DNA of 64,000 nucleotides from Pocillopora damicornis (lineage: Eukaryota). The stretch is taken from positions 62,001 to 126,000 of the forward strand of contig NW_020846901.1 of the NCBI RefSeq assembly GCF_003704095.1, given 5' to 3'. Of this stretch, positions 60,141-64,000 are shown piece by piece. Under the pieces are notes generated by a model that saw only the letters and a program-made list of their open reading frames with translations, searched no databases and had not been told where the DNA came from. A program made the position numbers and the translations under genes. The first letter of the stretch is position 1; each line of letters opens with the position of its first letter.

Positions 60141-63100
60141 GTGTGCAGTCACCACTCTTCTCACGGACCCCTGGTGGCGTGTAGATCTGGGGACAAGTTA
60201 CTTTGTCGATGTAGTAGACATTATAGCCGGCGCAGATGGATTGACAGATTTTGAAATACGAGTCGGTGAGTGGTCCAAATCATATAAAAAAACATCTGGT
60301 AATTTGGTATTACCAACTGAGTTGATAGCGTAAATTGGCCACCGTTAAGAGTTTAAAAGCTGACGTTTTGAGCGTGAGCCCTTCGTCAGAGCAATAACCG
60401 GACATCCGCTCAGTCTTCCAGAAGTTCTTCTCTGATGGCTGGTTAGAACAAAGGAAAGAAGGGAAGCCAATAGGATTCCAGGGTTATAGTTTCAACCGCG
60501 TGAGAACGCGAATGACTAATTCGCGGTTGATTTAAGTTTTAAATCTGATTGGATGAGAGGGTGGCTTGAGTTCCCTAAACCAGTCGTAGCCCAGAATGTA
60601 ACATTTAGTCGCCCCATCGGTATATTAGATGGAGAGGACAGCATTTATATCCACGGAGTAATTGGGGTCTTAATCAGAGCGTCAGTGCATACCTCTCCGA
60701 TACTCGAATATGGTGTGAATTATATCATTATCGATTCTTTATTATCTCGTCACCAAAATATCAAAATGTTATGTCCCTACGCGTTTCTTATCAAAAGTGT
60801 TATGAAACAAGGAGAGATCAAGTCAGTTCTATCCTTTATTTCTGTCTACTTAATCTACATTTTATTATTTCCTCAGGCGACAATCTTGATAATGAAGGAA
60901 ACTTAAACCAAAAGTGTGGAGGACCACACACTTTGACTTCTTCACAGGAAAAGTCGTTCTTTTGCACCCCAGGTATCAAGGGTCGGTATGTGAACATCCG
61001 AATAGCGAGAAACAACAAGAAGCTGGCCATCTGTGAGGTGTCAGTTAATCCTAATCCAACAGGTGGGCTCTGAACTTCGTCCTTGCAAATAGGAAGGAGG
61101 AAGAAATGTAAAGGTAGTGGGTACAAAAATAGCGAGAAAGGTAGGAAGTGTGGTAGTGAGGTAAATAATGAATCGCCCTGACGAAGGGCTAACGCTCGAA
61201 AGGTCAGCCTTTAAACTTTTTACGGTGGCCAATTTACGTTTTCAACTCAGTTGTTAACACTAAATTGCCTGTGATACTCTCCTACCGACGCAGCACCACA
61301 GTTTCTTTAGAACCTCTATTAGTAAAGTAAATTGTTGGGTAAAAGAAAGGAATAAAGGTTGGTAGGGAGATAGATAATCAGACACGTAGGCAGTATGAGA
61401 GCGAGAGTGTGAAGGAGGTTGGCAAGTAAGCAGGGCAGGCAGGTGAACAGGAGACAGGGAGGTAGCAGGGTAGGCATCTGGGTCTGCAGTCTGATGGTCC
61501 AGGTGAGAGTAGCCATAGAAGAATGTTGTCGGTAGTGGTGACTGAGGTTTCGACAAGCTTAGCGGAAGTCATGAGCCGAGTCAGGTGAGGACTCAACCAA
61601 GTGTTGTAAATCTGGTTGGGAGAGGTGGTTGACTAACTTAGTAGAGACCCCTCTCAGCAGATACCAACAACAAGTGGCACCATACAAACGACTTGTTCAC
61701 GACATTTACATAACAAATGTACCAAACGTGCCGAATAGAAGGAGCTAACATTACTGGCGAATAGAAACTAACTAATCACGACCGTGAAGAGAAATCAAGG
61801 CAATATCCAAGTTATTGGTTATGGACGTTTGAGTTGTTCTACCTGTAGCGAAGCTGTTAGGAGTGGGTTCATGTTAGCTTTGAAATTTTATTTCTATCTG
61901 CATAGTCGGTCACTTTTGTTTCTACTTTATCAGTAAACCTTGCTTTGAGCAAGTCAGCTTCTCAGTCCTCTGTCTCCCACAATGCTTACCCTGTGCGAGC
62001 AGTGGATGGAAATGCTGACAGTGACTGGAGCTCATCAAGTTGTACACATACATATAAAACAACGGATCCCTGGTGGCGTGCAGATCTGGGATCAAGTCAG
62101 CACGTGTCAGAGGTGTTCATAGTCAACAGAATAAAGCATGAAAATAGGCTTTTCAACATAAAAATCCGTGTCAGTGAGCCAAAATTCCTTGGAATATAGT
62201 TAGTTTCACGTCATCGTTTCAGGTAATTTACAGGCCCCAATTCAAACCAGCTTGCGACTGAACTGCCCCAGTCTGATAAATATTACGATAAATAAATACA
62301 GGAGAAAAAAATAAATAGGTTTGGTTCGAATTCATGTTGAGATATATACGATAAATTTCATCAACTTAATCTTACGATCAGCATGGTGGCCATGATATGT
62401 AAATAAACTCTTTTGTTACACCTCCCAACACAAATACGTTTTCCTATTGGAGGAGAACGTGTCACATGCTATATGTCACTTACTCCTCAAGGCGAACAAA
62501 ACTCATTAACTCCCAAGGGAAACAATAACCTGAGCTTTGGACTCGCAAGTGAGCAGGTCGGGGACCTTAAAACCTCGGCAAAGCTGTGTGCCACTCCGAG
62601 TTAAGAAATTTCTATTTTTTCAGTGATTCTCTAGACTTTGAAGGTAAATAAAAACACTTAATGAATGGCCCCACGGGAAATAATAAGTTTTATATTCTCT
62701 CAAGGAGACAACCTCACTGTTTCCCTTGGGGCCAGCTTTAAGGATATCATTAACCTTGATTAACTGCACTTCTTCAACCTCAACGATCATCAAAGTCTTC
62801 TAAAAGAAGTTTTTTTTTATCCCTCAGGAGATAGTTTGGCAAATAATGGAAACTCGAATCCGAGGTGTGGTGGCTTGTAATCGATGGCTTATTCACTTAA
62901 AGCTTCGTTTTATTGCAAACCGAGAAAAACTGGACGATACGTAAATATCAGACTGGTGGGAAGTAGCATGGTTCTGACTTTGTGCGAAGTGGAGGTGTAT
63001 TCCGAAAGAAGAGGTATCTTATAGTTTAACCTCTTAATTAAACTCTCAGAAGAGCTTCTCATGTAACTTCCCTCTATAATATCCATACAATATCCAGCAA

Positions 63101-63848
63101 ACAGTCAATGAGAATACTCAAACTTTTTAGGAAAAAGTCGTAATCTTGATTTAACACGAAATTCTCGGAAATAAATTACGTGGAAAAATGTAGCAGGGAG
63201 AGGAGAATTAACCATCAGATCTTGAAAGTTTAAGGGTTAAATCTATAGAAAGCTTTCTGCATGCCCATAAATTGACGCATCTCACTTCAAGTTCTTTCTC
63301 CATAGCTAAATTTAAGGGGGGGGGGGGAGAGAAAAGAGCGAATTGGTAGGGAGGGAGGAGAGGAAGAGTTGTAGATCAATGTCTCAATAATGGATATCAC
63401 AAGAGCCTCGTCCGTGTCCATTTGGTCATAGTAGACAAACAACACCCGTTCTTCGTTACTAATCCCACTCTGCAGCCATTGGTTACAGCACTTACAATAA
63501 GACTGTAACTGAATACGAACGTAAAAGATTGGCTTTGTAGAGCGATTAAAAAAGATGATGACAGCATCTTCCTCATTCTAGCCATTCTGAAATACAAGCC
63601 AGTAAAACACTCAGTGCAGGATGCCTATTACCAAACTTCTATAACTCTGGTCTGTCCATAGCCTTTCGGTTATCCTGAACCGTTTGTGACCTGGGTCAAA
63701 AATGGTGTCGTCCTTCAAAACAGCTCATCCGACTTAACACTGAATCTGTCAATCATTGCTCAAAGGGATACTACCAAGTGGACAATTGACTGTGTGGCCA
63801 GCAACAAACATGGCGCTGATTATCACAGATTTGTTTTGAACTTGCACA
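60141..63848 (+). pseudogene. Tandem F-type lectin domains followed by an Ig domain, with two in-frame stops; partial
   Basis: Exons gap-60265, 60877-61062, 61934-62173, 62828-63013 (TAA at 62878-62880 where the paralogous copy has TAC) and Ig exon about 63582-63848 (TLVCP*PFGYPEPFVTWVKNG..DCVASNKHG, TAG at 63659-63661). Confidence 0.72.
61176..61312 (+). mobile_element. Penelope-like terminal-repeat fragment with degenerate minimal hammerhead motif
   Basis: CTGACGA-AGGGC-TAAC-GCTC-GAAAG-GTC. Related copies at 60296-60392 (-) and about 30600-30697. Confidence 0.55.
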
Positions 63849-64000
63849 GTAAGTAAAAGAACCGCACCCTTTCATAAGCGAGAGCCAGGCGTGGATCTTT
63901 TAATGGAAAACTCTGCTAGGCAGTCCAAGAACAACTTCTACGCTCAGAATATAGTTTATCAGTTATGTCCTGCGATCAGTCCTTTTCTTTAAATTAGTGG

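Larger units (their letters stand above)
58414..62895. repeat. About 1.6-kb inverted duplication (58414-60040 versus about 61276-62895)
   Basis: Exons, introns and embedded repeats align as reverse complements with scattered substitutions. The left arm is exactly the contig between two 100-N gaps. Confidence 0.9.

Noticed and set aside
58273-60333. ORFs spanning N runs and Leu/Pro/Cys-rich ORFs at 59720-60184 and 61260-61596
   Set aside because: Gap artefacts and translations of low-complexity or repeat intron sequence.
1-64000. CRISPR arrays, tRNA/rRNA genes, autonomous transposase or RT ORFs
   Set aside because: None recognisable by eye; the repeats are dispersed and non-coding.

Overview
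Eukaryotic, AT-rich, intron-rich animal DNA. The gene content and repeat families suggest a cnidarian, probably a stony coral (inference). I reconstructed spliced genes by hand from GT/GC-AG boundaries and reading-frame phase. In order: 5' exon of an ENL/AF9-type YEATS gene (-); intronless LRR gene (-); 15-exon GRAM-domain/TM gene with several alternative first exons (+); intronless LARP6 (-); 7-exon zinc alcohol dehydrogenase resembling the bacterial phosphonate-catabolism-associated clade (-), head-to-head with a C15orf61/DUF4528 homologue (+); a 6-exon class-I Rab11-FIP-like gene (+); two tandem 14-exon GH27 glycosidases (-); an ankyrin-repeat gene (-); and a gapped, partly inverted, stop-containing F-type lectin/Ig locus. 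About 14 TTAA-flanked MITEs, foldback repeats and Penelope-type hammerhead remnants are interspersed. Best candidates for novelty: (1) a Rab11-FIP carrying an exocyst Sec5/EXOC2-type Ral-binding IPT domain between its C2 domain and Rab11-binding domain; (2) an intron-containing animal member of the phosphonate-associated ADH clade; (3) a tandem GH27 pair split at the alpha-Gal versus alpha-GalNAc specificity residues. Family assignments come from recalled motifs, not database searches.
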